A stretch of 64,000 nt of DNA. It comes from an uncultured Candidatus Saccharibacteria bacterium. Its GTDB lineage: Bacteria > Patescibacteriota > JACPGU01. This document shows, piece by piece, positions 9,251 to 18,791 of the stretch. The notes under the pieces were generated by a model. It made no database searches, was not told the DNA's origin, and was given only the letters and a program-made list of their open reading frames with translations. Every line of letters starts with the position of its first letter. Position 1 is the first letter of the stretch. The translations under genes and the position numbers were made by a program. Where the stretch lies: assembly GCA_964355795.1 (NCBI GenBank), contig CAYHEQ010000001.1, positions 9,849 to 73,848 of the forward strand, written 5' to 3'.

Positions 9251-9536
9251 CTCCAGCTTGTCTAACGCAATTCTTTTTTATATTCACTGGCCTCAGTTCA
9301 AACCAATAAAATAAAAATCCAACGACAAGTAGTATCAAAATAAACCAAGCATATTTCATATTATTGCGCATTCTGTTCTTTTTTGTACCGCCAGCAATAC
9401 TTATTGCTGACAAACCACAAAATTCACAAAAGGTGGCTTCTTTCTCTATTTTTTTACCACAATTTTCACAGAACATAGCAAATTGATTACTTATGATATT
9501 CGCGATGTTATTATACCACACATGGTGTTCTTGCAT
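9189..9536 (-). CDS. Small zinc-ribbon membrane protein
   Basis: CENCGKK..CEFCG zinc ribbon followed by one TM helix. The true start is probably MFCENCG, which removes the overlap with the upstream ORF. Confidence 0.45.
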   Translation of the reverse strand: MQEHHVWYNNIANIISNQFAMFCENCGKKIEKEATFCEFCGLSAISIAGGTKKNRMRNNMKYAWFILILLVVGFLFYWFELRPVNIKKNCVRQAGDVRYKFYGEEYQKCLHENGL

Positions 9537-9543
9537 TAAAATT

Positions 9544-12500
9544 CTACACCGCGCTATCGTCGCAATACCGACTATACGGGCATTGCTCGCAGGTCATCTG
9601 GTCGGGTGTGGCGGTAAAAGCTTGGGCTCTAATTCCCTCGGCCGCTTTTTTGATATTTTCTTTGGTTTTGGCAATAGTCTTCTCGTCCGGTGTGGCCTTG
9701 CCCAAAATCCCTGATTCTAGGAAAAATAGGCCCACTTCATCTGGCATCTTACCATCATTTTCTTCCACCGCCAGCGCGTAAATAGCCAACTGAATGCTTT
9801 CTTTGGCTCTCCTCTCCGCCTTTTCTTCGCTGTCGATACTGGAAGTTTTGAAGTCGATGATGCGAATTTTCCCCTCCTCCGGCTCTTCCAAGATGTCAAT
9901 CCGTCCCTCAATAATAATATCGTCCAGTGTGAAAGTAAATTTTTTCTCCACTTCCTTGACATTAAAAATCTTGGAATAAGAGTGGACAAATTTCTTAATC
10001 ACCTCAATTCCTTGGTCAAATCTCTGCTTCTCATGCTCGGCGGAAAGAAATCCTTCCGAGCTCCAATTGTCGCGGTAAATATTCAACAATTCTTCCAGTG
10101 TCAAATCGCCTGAAAGTTCCCGAGGTCGCACCTCCGTCCGCTTCGCTCCCCGAGGAACGACCTCTTGAGCTATTTGGTCATTATAATTTGTTTGTAATTT
10201 GTAATTTGTAATTTGTAATTTTCTTTTATAATATTCTTCAATCACCTTGTGCACAGCTCGCCCAAAAATCACCCTTGGGTCGGTCATCAGCCGAATCGGC
10301 GTGATGTGGATATATTTGTATTTCCGCGGACAAGTCAGATAATCATCCACTTCCGCTCTTGACAGACGTAGCTTCCCTTCGCACATCTTGAGGCGAGTGG
10401 AATAAAGTGGCTCGGCTTGAGGCTGGTGTTGCTGGATGCGCTCAATCGGGGAAAAAGTAATCATCTCGGGCGCCACCTTACCCTGCCCCACCGCTTCCGC
10501 TACAAAACGCGAGACTTTTGTGGTTCTTTTGCCACCGTAATCTCGTCCAGCGGAGAGATACAATTTTTTCTTGGCGCGCGTCATTCCAACATAAAAAAGT
10601 CGGCGCTCTTCTTGAACATGGACATCACCCTCGGGTAATTTTTCTTTAATCAATTCTACTGGCACCTCAAAAGTATTACTGCGGTTCGCCCCCGGAAAAC
10701 GCGAGTCAATCAATCCCGCCATAAAAACATAATCAAATTCCAGCCCCTTGGCGGCGTGAAAAGTCAGCACTCGTACCGCGTCAAAATTGGGGTCGTCAGA
10801 GGACTCTTTCGCATCCTCCCCTACTTCCAATAGAACATCAAGGTATTCCATAAATTTCTGCAATCCCGTGTCCAAATTAGCGTCTTGAAAGCCCCGAATA
10901 CGGTCAAAAAATGAGGCAATAGAAATAATCTTTTCGGCATCAGCGATACTCCCCTCTTTTTCCCGTGAAGAAAGCATTTTCAGGTAATCACTCTCTTGCA
11001 AGAATTCGTAAAGAATCTCGCCTGTATTCTTACCGACACTCTCGCGCCGAAACTTCGTCAAAAGATCTAATGCTTTTTCTATTTTTCCGCGTTCTTCTGC
11101 GTTAATTTCCGCGACTTTTCCGCGCAAATACTCTTCAAGTGGAATGTTGGTAGAGCGCACTTTGTGGAGGATTACGCTCAAACCATCATAACCCACCCCC
11201 ACTACTTCACTGGTCAGCAAATTAAACAGAGCCAAATTGTCGGTCGGATTGGAGAGAATAGAGAGAAAAGAAATGAGTATCTTAATAACCTGTTTACGGA
11301 AAAGCCCCTCCGCGCCAGAAAAGGTGAAGGGAATTTTGTGCGCCGAAAGAGCATTGGTGAAAGCTAAAGCATTCTTGTTGCCTCGCACGAGAATGGCAAA
11401 ATCAGAATAATTATTTTCTTGTTTTTTTAATTTTTTAATTTCTTCGGCGACAGAGGCTGCTTCTTCTTGTTCTGAATCCTTGTAAATAAATTCCGGCTCA
11501 CTCCCCTGCTCGGTGGCAGAAATTAATTTTTTATCAATCTTGTATTTCGTCTCCAGCCGTTCTTCATTATTTTTTATGAGGCGGTAACTCGCATCCAAAA
11601 TTGCCTGGGTCGAGCGATAATTTTCCTTTAAGACAATTTGCTTCACATTGGGGTACTGCTCCGTAAAGGCCATAATGTTGGACACCGACGCCCCGCGAAA
11701 TTTGTAAATAGACTGATCGTCATCACCAACGACGGTAACCACTGGGCATGGCAGATTGCAGATTTCAGATTGCAGATTGTTTTGAATTTCGGATTTTGGA
11801 TTTTTGATTTGTTTGGGATTTTGGATTTGAGATTTGAGATTTGCTATAGTCAAAATCTTTAGAAGTTCGTTTTGACTATAGTTGGTGTCTTGGAATTCGT
11901 CAACTAAAATATATTTGTAGGTTTGGCGTAATCTGGCGAGAAGAGAAGGTTTTTCCTGCAAAGCCTTCAACATGTATAATAAGGTATCGCCAAAATCCAG
12001 TCGATCAGAGGCAATCATCATTTTTTGATAAGTCGCATACGCTCGCGCCAGCTCCAAATGCTTTTCTGCTTCCTCTTTTTCCGCCTCGATTTGCGCTTTG
12101 TCTGCGCTGGTCTGCGCGAAGTCAGTGTAGGTCTGCGGTTCTATCACCTCGTCTTTGAGGCGTGAAAAATATTTGAGCATATCGGCAATAAATTTCGTCG
12201 GGTCAGAAAGAGGGCGGAAAATTTTCAAATCAAAATCAAAAATCCTTTCGCGAACGAAAAGAATTTGTTGGATATCAGAGAGCACTTTGAAATTGGTGGA
12301 AAAGCCGAGATAGTAAGCGTTTTCTTGCAAAAATTCTTCAGCAAACGAGTGGAAAGTTTTGATTTTCACATCATTGTAACCATAAGGCGCGATGATATCC
12401 ACGCGCTCCTCCATTTCGTAAGCGGCTTTTTTGGTAAAGGTGAGAGCGAGAATTTCCGAGGGCTTTGCTAATTTTTCCGCAATCAAATAGGCTATTTTTT

Positions 12501-12621
12501 TCGTAATGACCGCGGTCTTTCCAGTCCCCGCGCCGGCCACGATTAAAAGAGGTCCGTCATTATATTTGACGGCCTCTCTTTGCTCGGAATTGAGCCCCTC
12601 CAATATTTCATCAGCTTGCAT
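9544..12621 (-). CDS. UvrD/PcrA-family helicase fused to a C-terminal PD-(D/E)XK (Cas4/AddB-like, Fe-S) nuclease domain
   Basis: Helicase motif I at GAGTGKT (the first G is the start of the quoted string, aa 29). The 1025-aa protein has a C-terminal IDFKTS nuclease motif and the cysteine cluster CEQCPYSRYC. Two low-complexity insertions are encoded by simple-sequence DNA. Confidence 0.85.
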   Translation of the reverse strand: MQADEILEGLNSEQREAVKYNDGPLLIVAGAGTGKTAVITKKIAYLIAEKLAKPSEILALTFTKKAAYEMEERVDIIAPYGYNDVKIKTFHSFAEEFLQENAYYLGFSTNFKVLSDIQQILFVRERIFDFDLKIFRPLSDPTKFIADMLKYFSRLKDEVIEPQTYTDFAQTSADKAQIEAEKEEAEKHLELARAYATYQKMMIASDRLDFGDTLLYMLKALQEKPSLLARLRQTYKYILVDEFQDTNYSQNELLKILTIANLKSQIQNPKQIKNPKSEIQNNLQSEICNLPCPVVTVVGDDDQSIYKFRGASVSNIMAFTEQYPNVKQIVLKENYRSTQAILDASYRLIKNNEERLETKYKIDKKLISATEQGSEPEFIYKDSEQEEAASVAEEIKKLKKQENNYSDFAILVRGNKNALAFTNALSAHKIPFTFSGAEGLFRKQVIKILISFLSILSNPTDNLALFNLLTSEVVGVGYDGLSVILHKVRSTNIPLEEYLRGKVAEINAEERGKIEKALDLLTKFRRESVGKNTGEILYEFLQESDYLKMLSSREKEGSIADAEKIISIASFFDRIRGFQDANLDTGLQKFMEYLDVLLEVGEDAKESSDDPNFDAVRVLTFHAAKGLEFDYVFMAGLIDSRFPGANRSNTFEVPVELIKEKLPEGDVHVQEERRLFYVGMTRAKKKLYLSAGRDYGGKRTTKVSRFVAEAVGQGKVAPEMITFSPIERIQQHQPQAEPLYSTRLKMCEGKLRLSRAEVDDYLTCPRKYKYIHITPIRLMTDPRVIFGRAVHKVIEEYYKRKLQITNYKLQTNYNDQIAQEVVPRGAKRTEVRPRELSGDLTLEELLNIYRDNWSSEGFLSAEHEKQRFDQGIEVIKKFVHSYSKIFNVKEVEKKFTFTLDDIIIEGRIDILEEPEEGKIRIIDFKTSSIDSEEKAERRAKESIQLAIYALAVEENDGKMPDEVGLFFLESGILGKATPDEKTIAKTKENIKKAAEGIRAQAFTATPDQMTCEQCPYSRYCDDSAV
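10191..10218. repeat. (TTTGTAA)x4 heptanucleotide tandem repeat inside the helicase-nuclease coding sequence
   Basis: tttgtaatttgtaatttgtaatttgtaa encodes LQITNYKLQTNY in frame. The unit length is not a multiple of 3. Confidence 0.85.
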
Positions 12622-12692
12622 AGGATCATTTTACCACAAAACAAAGAGGCGCGATACTCGCACTTCCGCACAAAACACTCTAACGAGTCTCC

Positions 12693-13142
12693 CTATTCCG
12701 CTAGTTCAATTTTGGTCACATCCATCAAAGCTCCGTCCCCTTCTACCGTTGGCTGGCTGACACCATAGACCTTCACATTCTTCCCAATATATTTGTCCAA
12801 ATTAACCGCTTTTGATTCCAAAATGACTAACGTAATCCCACCCGCTTCCAGATAATGCGTTCCTTGCTGGTAAATAGATGCCTCCAATTTCCTCACCACT
12901 CCCTCCAAATTACCAGTTTTGCTACCAAAGATATTATCCAGTTGGTTCTGGGCGCTAGATGATTGCCCACCCAAAAGCTCATTATTCAAGTCTCTTTTGG
13001 CCTTGACCTCATCGGCGATGTTATCTCCGGTGCTTTCATCGCGCGGTATTGTTACCAAGGTGCTAACCGAAATGCCCAAAGAAATCACAAAAATTGCGAT
13101 AATTGCGATGAAGATCCATTTTTTGCCAGAGTCATTTCCCAT
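12693..13142 (-). CDS. Hypothetical membrane-anchored secreted protein
   Basis: N-terminal TM/signal anchor IFIAIIAIFVISLGISV. No recognizable domain. Confidence 0.5.
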   Translation of the reverse strand: MGNDSGKKWIFIAIIAIFVISLGISVSTLVTIPRDESTGDNIADEVKAKRDLNNELLGGQSSSAQNQLDNIFGSKTGNLEGVVRKLEASIYQQGTHYLEAGGITLVILESKAVNLDKYIGKNVKVYGVSQPTVEGDGALMDVTKIELAE

Positions 13143-13177
13143 AACAATAAATTACTTTTTCTAATTCGAGTCTAATC

Positions 13178-13219
13178 CGAGGTTCGACCTTAAACAGCTA
13201 ATTCTCAAGGTCGAACCTC
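13178..13219. repeat. Hairpin repeat family copy (GAGGTTCGACC ... GGTCGAACCTC)
   Basis: ccgaggttcgaccttaaacagctaattctcaaggtcgaacctc; 13-bp inverted arms. Confidence 0.8.
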
Positions 13220-13233
13220 TAGGGGTCTGTTAT

Positions 13234-13279
13234 CCGAGGTTCGACCTTAGCTTCTGAACTTCCCCAAGGTCGAACCTCG
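13234..13279. repeat. Hairpin repeat family copy
   Basis: ccgaggttcgaccttagcttctgaacttccccaaggtcgaacctcgg. Confidence 0.8.
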
Positions 13280-13325
13280 GATTTAGGACATGTTCCGTTG
13301 TTCAATAGTAAATTACTTTTTCTAA

Positions 13326-13721
13326 TCAATACTTGTCCAATTCCTGATTTACCAAAGCGTCCGCTTCTTTATTTTTTTCTCGCCGAATATGCGTGAAGGT
13401 GATTTTTTCAAAATGGCCTTTCAATACGCAAACCTTGGCAAAAAGTGGCTTCAAACCCTCATCTTTGACCCGATATTGGCCATTTAACTGTTTGACCACC
13501 AATTCGCTGTCAAGAAAACATTTCACTTCCCCTTTCGTTATGGTCAAAAGTTTTTTCAACCCCAAAACTAACCCCTCGTATTCCGCCTGATTGTTGGTAG
13601 TTTTTCCTAAAAAAACTGCTCCATTGGCCACTATCTTTTCGCCCTTTTTTATCACAAAAGCTCCCGCTGCCGGTCCCGGATTCCCTCTTGCCCCTCCGTC
13701 CGTGAATAATTCGTAAATCAT
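13326..13721 (-). CDS. rnhA: Ribonuclease HI
   Basis: TDGGARGNPGPAAGAFV ... NNQAEYEGLVLGL ... reKNKEADALVN, the RNase H type 1 catalytic D-E-D-D arrangement, in 131 aa. Confidence 0.85.
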   Translation of the reverse strand: MIYELFTDGGARGNPGPAAGAFVIKKGEKIVANGAVFLGKTTNNQAEYEGLVLGLKKLLTITKGEVKCFLDSELVVKQLNGQYRVKDEGLKPLFAKVCVLKGHFEKITFTHIRREKNKEADALVNQELDKY

Positions 13722-13744
13722 AAATCGTGAATCTTAAATCTTTC

Positions 13745-14380
13745 TTAATAGCTTCTACTCGTCGCTGACGATGTGAGGTTGGTTTCTCCGCGCACCATCT
13801 GATTGCCAGAATCTAGATTAGCTCCGCTAGTAGCCTTGATGGCCACTTGAAGCTTTGGTGGCATTGACAAATTAGGGCTACTGGTTACTGAAAAGGAAAA
13901 ATTTTTGATCACCACTTTTTTATTATCATTGAGATCTACGGGGGTTGATGAAGTAAAGCTAGCGCTACCGATAGTTTTGGTTTCCTTGGTCTGTTTTAGT
14001 AGGCCGTCATCGCAAACAGCGGGGTTGGCGCAAACGAGACTAAAGATGTTACGAGAGACTTGACTCGTTTTGAAATCCGTAGAATAAATAACCAGCGCGT
14101 TCCCTTCCTTCTGATAGGCATGGATAGTTCTCGCCCCGCCCTTGGTCGGTAGATTATCGTATTCGCCGTTAGCCGCCTTGGCTTCACGGATTATTGATTC
14201 CAAAACATAACGAGTATCTTGTTGTGTTTTACGCAAAATACTAGCGCGCCTCTCCAAATTGACGGTGCTCACTAGCGCGTCAGTTGAGAGCGTTACAAAA
14301 ATAGCGAAGATGGATATCGCCACCAAAAGCTCGATCAAAGTAAAGCCTTTTTCTTTAGGTTTTAGGTTTTTGTTTTTCAT
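13745..14380 (-). CDS. Type IV pilin-like protein (pseudopilin/minor pilin) with prepilin N-terminal methylation motif
   Basis: KGFTLIELLVAISIFAIFV prepilin cleavage/methylation signature. Confidence 0.75.
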   Translation of the reverse strand: MKNKNLKPKEKGFTLIELLVAISIFAIFVTLSTDALVSTVNLERRASILRKTQQDTRYVLESIIREAKAANGEYDNLPTKGGARTIHAYQKEGNALVIYSTDFKTSQVSRNIFSLVCANPAVCDDGLLKQTKETKTIGSASFTSSTPVDLNDNKKVVIKNFSFSVTSSPNLSMPPKLQVAIKATSGANLDSGNQMVRGETNLTSSATSRSY

Positions 14381-14389
14381 AATATGTAA

Positions 14390-14590
14390 GCGATGCGAAT
14401 GATGCGAATTATCATGCCTGCCCGCAATGCTCTCGCCCGAAGCTTTTCATATCTGTTTATAATTATCGTACGTAATATTTAGGGAGCAAACAATATGGGT
14501 GGGGCGCATAGCGAGGCGGGCGGGCGAATCTACGAATCTTGTGCGAATTTATTCGCGATAATTCGCGTTAATTAGAGAAAATTAGCGACT
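14390..14590. repeat. GCGAAT-rich intergenic repeat locus containing a 117-bp MITE-like element (14413..14529)
   Basis: gatgcgaatgatgcgaatt ... ctacgaatcttgtgcgaatttattcgcg flanks a 117-bp segment. That segment is about 97% identical to 36201..36315. Confidence 0.8.
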
Positions 14591-15053
14591 AGTATTTGCC
14601 CTTCCAGTCAGTGAAATAAGTCGTTTCAGAAAGTGTCTTCTTCCCTATTTTGTCTGTCCAGCTAACTGTTACTATCACTTTTTTCTTAAAAATAGTCGCG
14701 CCATCATAAATTATTCCGGAGGAAATATCTGTAATGACAATGTCCCTCGTAAAACCGGCCGGCAAAGGCTTCATCAATACGCCATTGAGACTAGCATTAT
14801 CCGTTCCCGCAAACCATTCGGAAGCCGTAGCCACATTATTATCGCGAATATTGCGAATACTTTCCACCGCGTCTTGGATGATATTGTAAGCTACACTCCT
14901 TTTCTGGGCTGTATCCCAACTGCGCACCGCCATTTGCGCCACAAAATGAAGCGACAGCATCACCGTCGTCAGAATAGCAAGACTAACGACGACCTCTATG
15001 AGCGTAAAGCCGTTTTTAGGTTTCAGATTGTAGGTTTTGGGTTGTAGGCTCAT
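14589..15053 (-). CDS. Type IV pilin-like protein (pseudopilin)
   Basis: NGFTLIEVVVSLAILTTVM prepilin motif. Confidence 0.75.
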   Translation of the reverse strand: MSLQPKTYNLKPKNGFTLIEVVVSLAILTTVMLSLHFVAQMAVRSWDTAQKRSVAYNIIQDAVESIRNIRDNNVATASEWFAGTDNASLNGVLMKPLPAGFTRDIVITDISSGIIYDGATIFKKKVIVTVSWTDKIGKKTLSETTYFTDWKGKY

Positions 15054-15055
15054 TT

Positions 15056-15667
15056 TTAGGCTCTGACCACATCCATAGTAATAATATGGGTAGCCGCGTT
15101 AATCGTAATTTTGTAACGAATTTTTGTGTCTGGAGAGCTGATGATAATCTCCGCCTTGTCTCCCGTAATAAGGGAGTTTGTGGCGTCCGACAAAGAGATA
15201 TTCCCCCCCGTCCTATTGCCCACCGCAAAAGAAATCCTTAGGGAATTATAGGAGGTGGAAACCCCATTTTTGTATAATTTAATATCGGCGATAGAAAGTT
15301 TTTTATCCGAAACGAATCTGTCCAAAACTGGGAGCCCTTCGGTCGCTTCAGAGCCTACCATAACTGTTGGGTTACCCAACGAATCGGTGGTGATAGACTC
15401 GTCCTGCACAGAAGAAGTTACGCATGACGCTGGACACAGGCTGATATTGAAAAAATAGGCAGTAGTTTTGGCGCTCCTTGGCGATAAAGATAGCGCTTGT
15501 GCTCCCCAAAGAACGCTTTGGAGATCTTTGGCGGCGTTGCGAACAACAATATGGCTCCTATAAGAGCGCATATTGGGGATAGCGATAGCGGTCAACGAGA
15601 CGATAATGGAAATCACCACTATCGCCTCTATCAAGGTGAAGCCTTTTTGTTTTTTGTTTGTTTGCAT
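15056..15667 (-). CDS. Type IV pilin-like protein (pseudopilin, GspH/FimT-like)
   Basis: KGFTLIEAIVVISIIVSLTAIAIP prepilin motif. Confidence 0.75.
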   Translation of the reverse strand: MQTNKKQKGFTLIEAIVVISIIVSLTAIAIPNMRSYRSHIVVRNAAKDLQSVLWGAQALSLSPRSAKTTAYFFNISLCPASCVTSSVQDESITTDSLGNPTVMVGSEATEGLPVLDRFVSDKKLSIADIKLYKNGVSTSYNSLRISFAVGNRTGGNISLSDATNSLITGDKAEIIISSPDTKIRYKITINAATHIITMDVVRA

Positions 15668-15675
15668 ACTTTTGC

Positions 15676-15800
15676 GCTTATTTTTTAGCGATGCTAATCT
15701 ACGAATAATATGCGCCTATAGCGAATGTCTATGCAAATAGATTCGCATTCCATTCGTAGATTCGCGCGCATTCGCATTTCATTAGCATCGCGCTATCATT
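15676..15800. repeat. GCGAAT-rich intergenic repeat locus with inverted termini AGCGATGCTAAT / ATTAGCATCGCGCT
   Basis: Multiple ATTCGCAT / TCGTAGATTCGC motifs. The termini are reverse complements of each other. Confidence 0.75.
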
Positions 15801-16632
15801 ATACACCCAAATACCATTGAATAATATATTTTCCGAAGAACAAAGCGACGAGAAATCCACAGACCAGAAAAGGCGCAAAAGGGATGATGTCTTGACGCGT
15901 TTTTTTCTTCAGCGCTATCAGAACGAGGCTAAAGACCGAGCCCAAAATAAAGGCCGAAAAAAGCGCGACTAAAATAAGCGGCCATCCTAACAGCAAACCA
16001 ATGAATGTCCCCAATTTCACATCACCCCAACCCATCCATTTTTCTTTTGAAATCAAAACGAGAAGCAGAAAAAATCCCCCGCCAATGATCGGTCCCAAAA
16101 TGAATTGCCCAATATCTGGACTATAGATGAAGAAATTGGCGCCAAAGTCATTATGCAAAACTAGATTTAATAGCCCCAGCAAAAGCAAAAGTAAAATCCC
16201 GGGCAAAACTATTTTGTCCGGGACTAAATAAGTCCTCGCGTCAATGAAAAATATCGCTACCAGCGCCGCCAATCCTAAACCGTAAATGAGAAGAAATATC
16301 GTTAAATTATAGCCGAGGAAAGCTCCGGCGAAACGAAAATAAAGTCCAGCGAAAAGAAGTCCCATGAGCAATTCTAGCGCCGGATAAAGTAGCCCAATTT
16401 TGTTTCGGCAGTGGCGACAACGACCACGAAACGCCAAAAACGCCAAAATCGGCACTAATTCCAGCGCCGTGAGAGTTTGCTTGCATTGGGGACAACGACT
16501 GCGACCGAAAATAATCCCCTCGTCGGTATTAAATCTGGTGATAACCACCGAAAGGAAACTACCGATGATCGTGCCCACCACAAAGTATAAAGCTAGATTG
16601 AAATAGAAGCTGGTCATAAGATTATTATACAA
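15799..16632 (-). CDS. pilD: Prepilin peptidase (A24 family)
   Basis: CPQCKQ..CRHCRNKI zinc-binding tetracysteine. Multi-TM protein with a conserved GWGDVKLG Asp motif. Confidence 0.85.
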   Translation of the reverse strand: MYNNLMTSFYFNLALYFVVGTIIGSFLSVVITRFNTDEGIIFGRSRCPQCKQTLTALELVPILAFLAFRGRCRHCRNKIGLLYPALELLMGLLFAGLYFRFAGAFLGYNLTIFLLIYGLGLAALVAIFFIDARTYLVPDKIVLPGILLLLLLGLLNLVLHNDFGANFFIYSPDIGQFILGPIIGGGFFLLLVLISKEKWMGWGDVKLGTFIGLLLGWPLILVALFSAFILGSVFSLVLIALKKKTRQDIIPFAPFLVCGFLVALFFGKYIIQWYLGV

Positions 16633-16737
16633 CCAAAAACGTTAGATGTTAATCTTTTATTATTAGGGCTTACGCGTTTGATCTTATCTTTTTTTACCGT
16701 TCAATGTCAGGCGTTCTCTATTGGTTGCTGCGTCTTT

Positions 16738-16776
16738 TGAGGTTCGACCTCTGGGCATCCTTTGAGGTCGAACCTC
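16738..16776. repeat. Hairpin repeat family copy (loop variant B) located immediately downstream of the major pilin gene
   Basis: gaggttcgacctctgggcatcctttgaggtcgaacctc. The loop is the reverse complement of the loop in the copy at 29004..29043. Confidence 0.8.
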
Positions 16777-16881
16777 TTGGCGGGGAAGGTTAGGCGCGTA
16801 AGTCCTAATTATGCCATAATTTTCAACCGAATACGGCATCCAGAAGGATGCCGTATTCGTTGCGCGCTTTTGAATTTCCTA

Positions 16882-17325
16882 TCAACTGCTGGTGCAAGCG
16901 GCCGCAATAGCAACGTCTTTCCCCCCGCTACCGACAGAATAAGTGGCCGTACCCCCTGTCGGGATATTCTCAAGTGTGGCTACTAAAGCAAAATCTGTGG
17001 CGTTAGCGCAATATTTATAAAACTCTGTGGCGTTTGGCGCTACAATATCTTTCTCCACATATCCAAGCTTTCTTAGAGAAGTCGCTACAGCTGGATCCCA
17101 AATAATAGCCTTGAAAGAACCCGATGCCGCTGGATAAGTCCCCATATCCAAAGAATACTGCAATACTGCCTTAGAAACATAATCCAAATCCGCCTTTCTC
17201 TTCCCGTCTCTGGCCCTAGACCGAGCCGACGAGAAAGAAGCCAAACCAATAGTCGCCAAGATAGCGATAATGGCAATAACTATCAAAAGTTCAATTAAGG
17301 TAAAACCCTTTTCTTTTTTTTGCAT
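16882..17325 (-). CDS. pilA: Major type IV pilin (PilA-like)
   Basis: KGFTLIELLIVIAIIAILATIGL class III signal, small 147-aa protein, C-terminal Cys pair (YCANATDF...AAACTSS). Strong RBS AAGGAG 5 nt before the ATG. Confidence 0.8.
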   Translation of the reverse strand: MQKKEKGFTLIELLIVIAIIAILATIGLASFSSARSRARDGKRKADLDYVSKAVLQYSLDMGTYPAASGSFKAIIWDPAVATSLRKLGYVEKDIVAPNATEFYKYCANATDFALVATLENIPTGGTATYSVGSGGKDVAIAAACTSS

Positions 17326-17341
17326 AATTTCTCCTTTACTA

Positions 17342-17393
17342 TTAATTTCTTAATTTCTTAATTTCTTAATTTCTTAATTTCTTAATTTCTTAA
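17342..17393. repeat. (TTAATTTC)x6.5 octanucleotide tandem repeat in the 5' leader/promoter of the major pilin gene
   Basis: Six perfect 8-bp units plus a partial unit. They end 16 bp upstream of the pilin start codon, just upstream of the RBS. Confidence 0.9.
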
Positions 17394-17446
17394 CCCTATC
17401 GTAATACAATAACCTCTCTATGTTAAGGGCCACTTTTCAACAGGCT

Positions 17447-18664
17447 CTAAGTAATAACATTGGAAAGCTGGAATATCGGCATCAATATCGCCAAGACCAA
17501 AAACATTACTCCTAGACCAATAATCAACATAATCATTGGCTCAAGCAATGCCGTTAATCCTTTGATGGCCGTATTCGTTTCATCTTCATAAATGCTAGCT
17601 AATTTCAGCAAAATCTTGTCTAGTTGCCCGGTTTGTTCGCCAACAGCAATCATGGAAGCGACCAGTGGCGGGAAATAATGACTACGAGAGATAGGGACAG
17701 ATAAAGGAACTCCTCTCTCTACCTCGGCGATAGAACCCTTGATCTCTTGCTCTATCAAGATATTGCCAACGGATTCCGAGATCATGCTCAAAGATTTGAT
17801 GATAGGCACCCCGCCCCCCATCAAAAGACCGAGATTTTTGGCGAAGTGAGCCGTATAAATACCGAGATTGATCTTGCCAAAAACAGGAAATTTCAGCGCT
17901 ATCCACCCTATGGTATGTTTGCCCGTGGTAGTCAACATGAAATATCTAATCAACAAAACTGTAACAATGATAATGACAATAGTCAAATACCAATAGCTAA
18001 CGAGGAAGTGGCTCAAAGCGACCATCAGTCGCGTCAATACTGGCAGTTGCGCTCCAGAAGATTTGAAAACATCTTCTAGTTGAGGAATAACATAAACGAT
18101 AGCCACCAGGCCCACAGCGCCGATGGCGCCAATGATGAAGATTGGGTAAATCATCGCCGCCTTGATCTTGGACCGCATCGCGTAATCACCCTCCATCTGG
18201 TCGGCGACATCATTCAACGCTCCGTCCAGCTTGCCAGAGGCCTCTCCGCTCCTAATCATACTAATGAAAACTGGGGAAAAAACATAGGGGAACTGGCCAA
18301 TGGCAAAAGAAAAACTTTTGCCTTGTTCTATCAAAGATATTATTTTGATAATAACCTTAACCAAATTTTTATTAGTTGTTTGCCGAACCAGAGATCTCAA
18401 AGCCTCCATCAGGGGCAGACCAGCGTTAATCATCGTGGCTAACTGTCTGGAGAAAATAGCCTTATCTTTGGCTCTGATACCCGCAAAAATGCTACTAAAA
18501 AAATTGCGCACTCGGTCTTCCGTGGCCAAAAATGGTTTAACGGCCAGCACCGTCAGCTTGTTATAACGCAAAATATCATCCACCGCGTCAATGCTGTCGG
18601 CTTCTACCAAACCTTTGATGACCCTCCCCGATTTGTCTTGCGCTTCGTATTGATATTGATCCAT
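17447..18664 (-). CDS. pilC: Type IV pilus assembly platform protein PilC (GspF family)
   Basis: 405 aa with two GspF-like repeats and three TM segments, conserved across its length. Confidence 0.9.
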   Translation of the reverse strand: MDQYQYEAQDKSGRVIKGLVEADSIDAVDDILRYNKLTVLAVKPFLATEDRVRNFFSSIFAGIRAKDKAIFSRQLATMINAGLPLMEALRSLVRQTTNKNLVKVIIKIISLIEQGKSFSFAIGQFPYVFSPVFISMIRSGEASGKLDGALNDVADQMEGDYAMRSKIKAAMIYPIFIIGAIGAVGLVAIVYVIPQLEDVFKSSGAQLPVLTRLMVALSHFLVSYWYLTIVIIIVTVLLIRYFMLTTTGKHTIGWIALKFPVFGKINLGIYTAHFAKNLGLLMGGGVPIIKSLSMISESVGNILIEQEIKGSIAEVERGVPLSVPISRSHYFPPLVASMIAVGEQTGQLDKILLKLASIYEDETNTAIKGLTALLEPMIMLIIGLGVMFLVLAILMPIFQLSNVIT

Positions 18665-18791
18665 ATATTAGGTAAATCACAAACTACAAACTCCAAATCA
18701 CAAACCAATAATTAACGGCCTAGATTTTTGTTGTTTGAGATTTTTAACTTGAGATTTGTTTGCAATTTGTTATTTGTAATTTGTTATTTTA

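Noticed and set aside
17342-17393. Possible CRISPR array (this region, plus the 21-bp repeats at 31080..31163 and the TTTGTAA repeats)
   Set aside because: The units are 7-21 bp and directly tandem, with no unique spacers of CRISPR size. No cas genes are in the window. These are simple-sequence or coding repeats.
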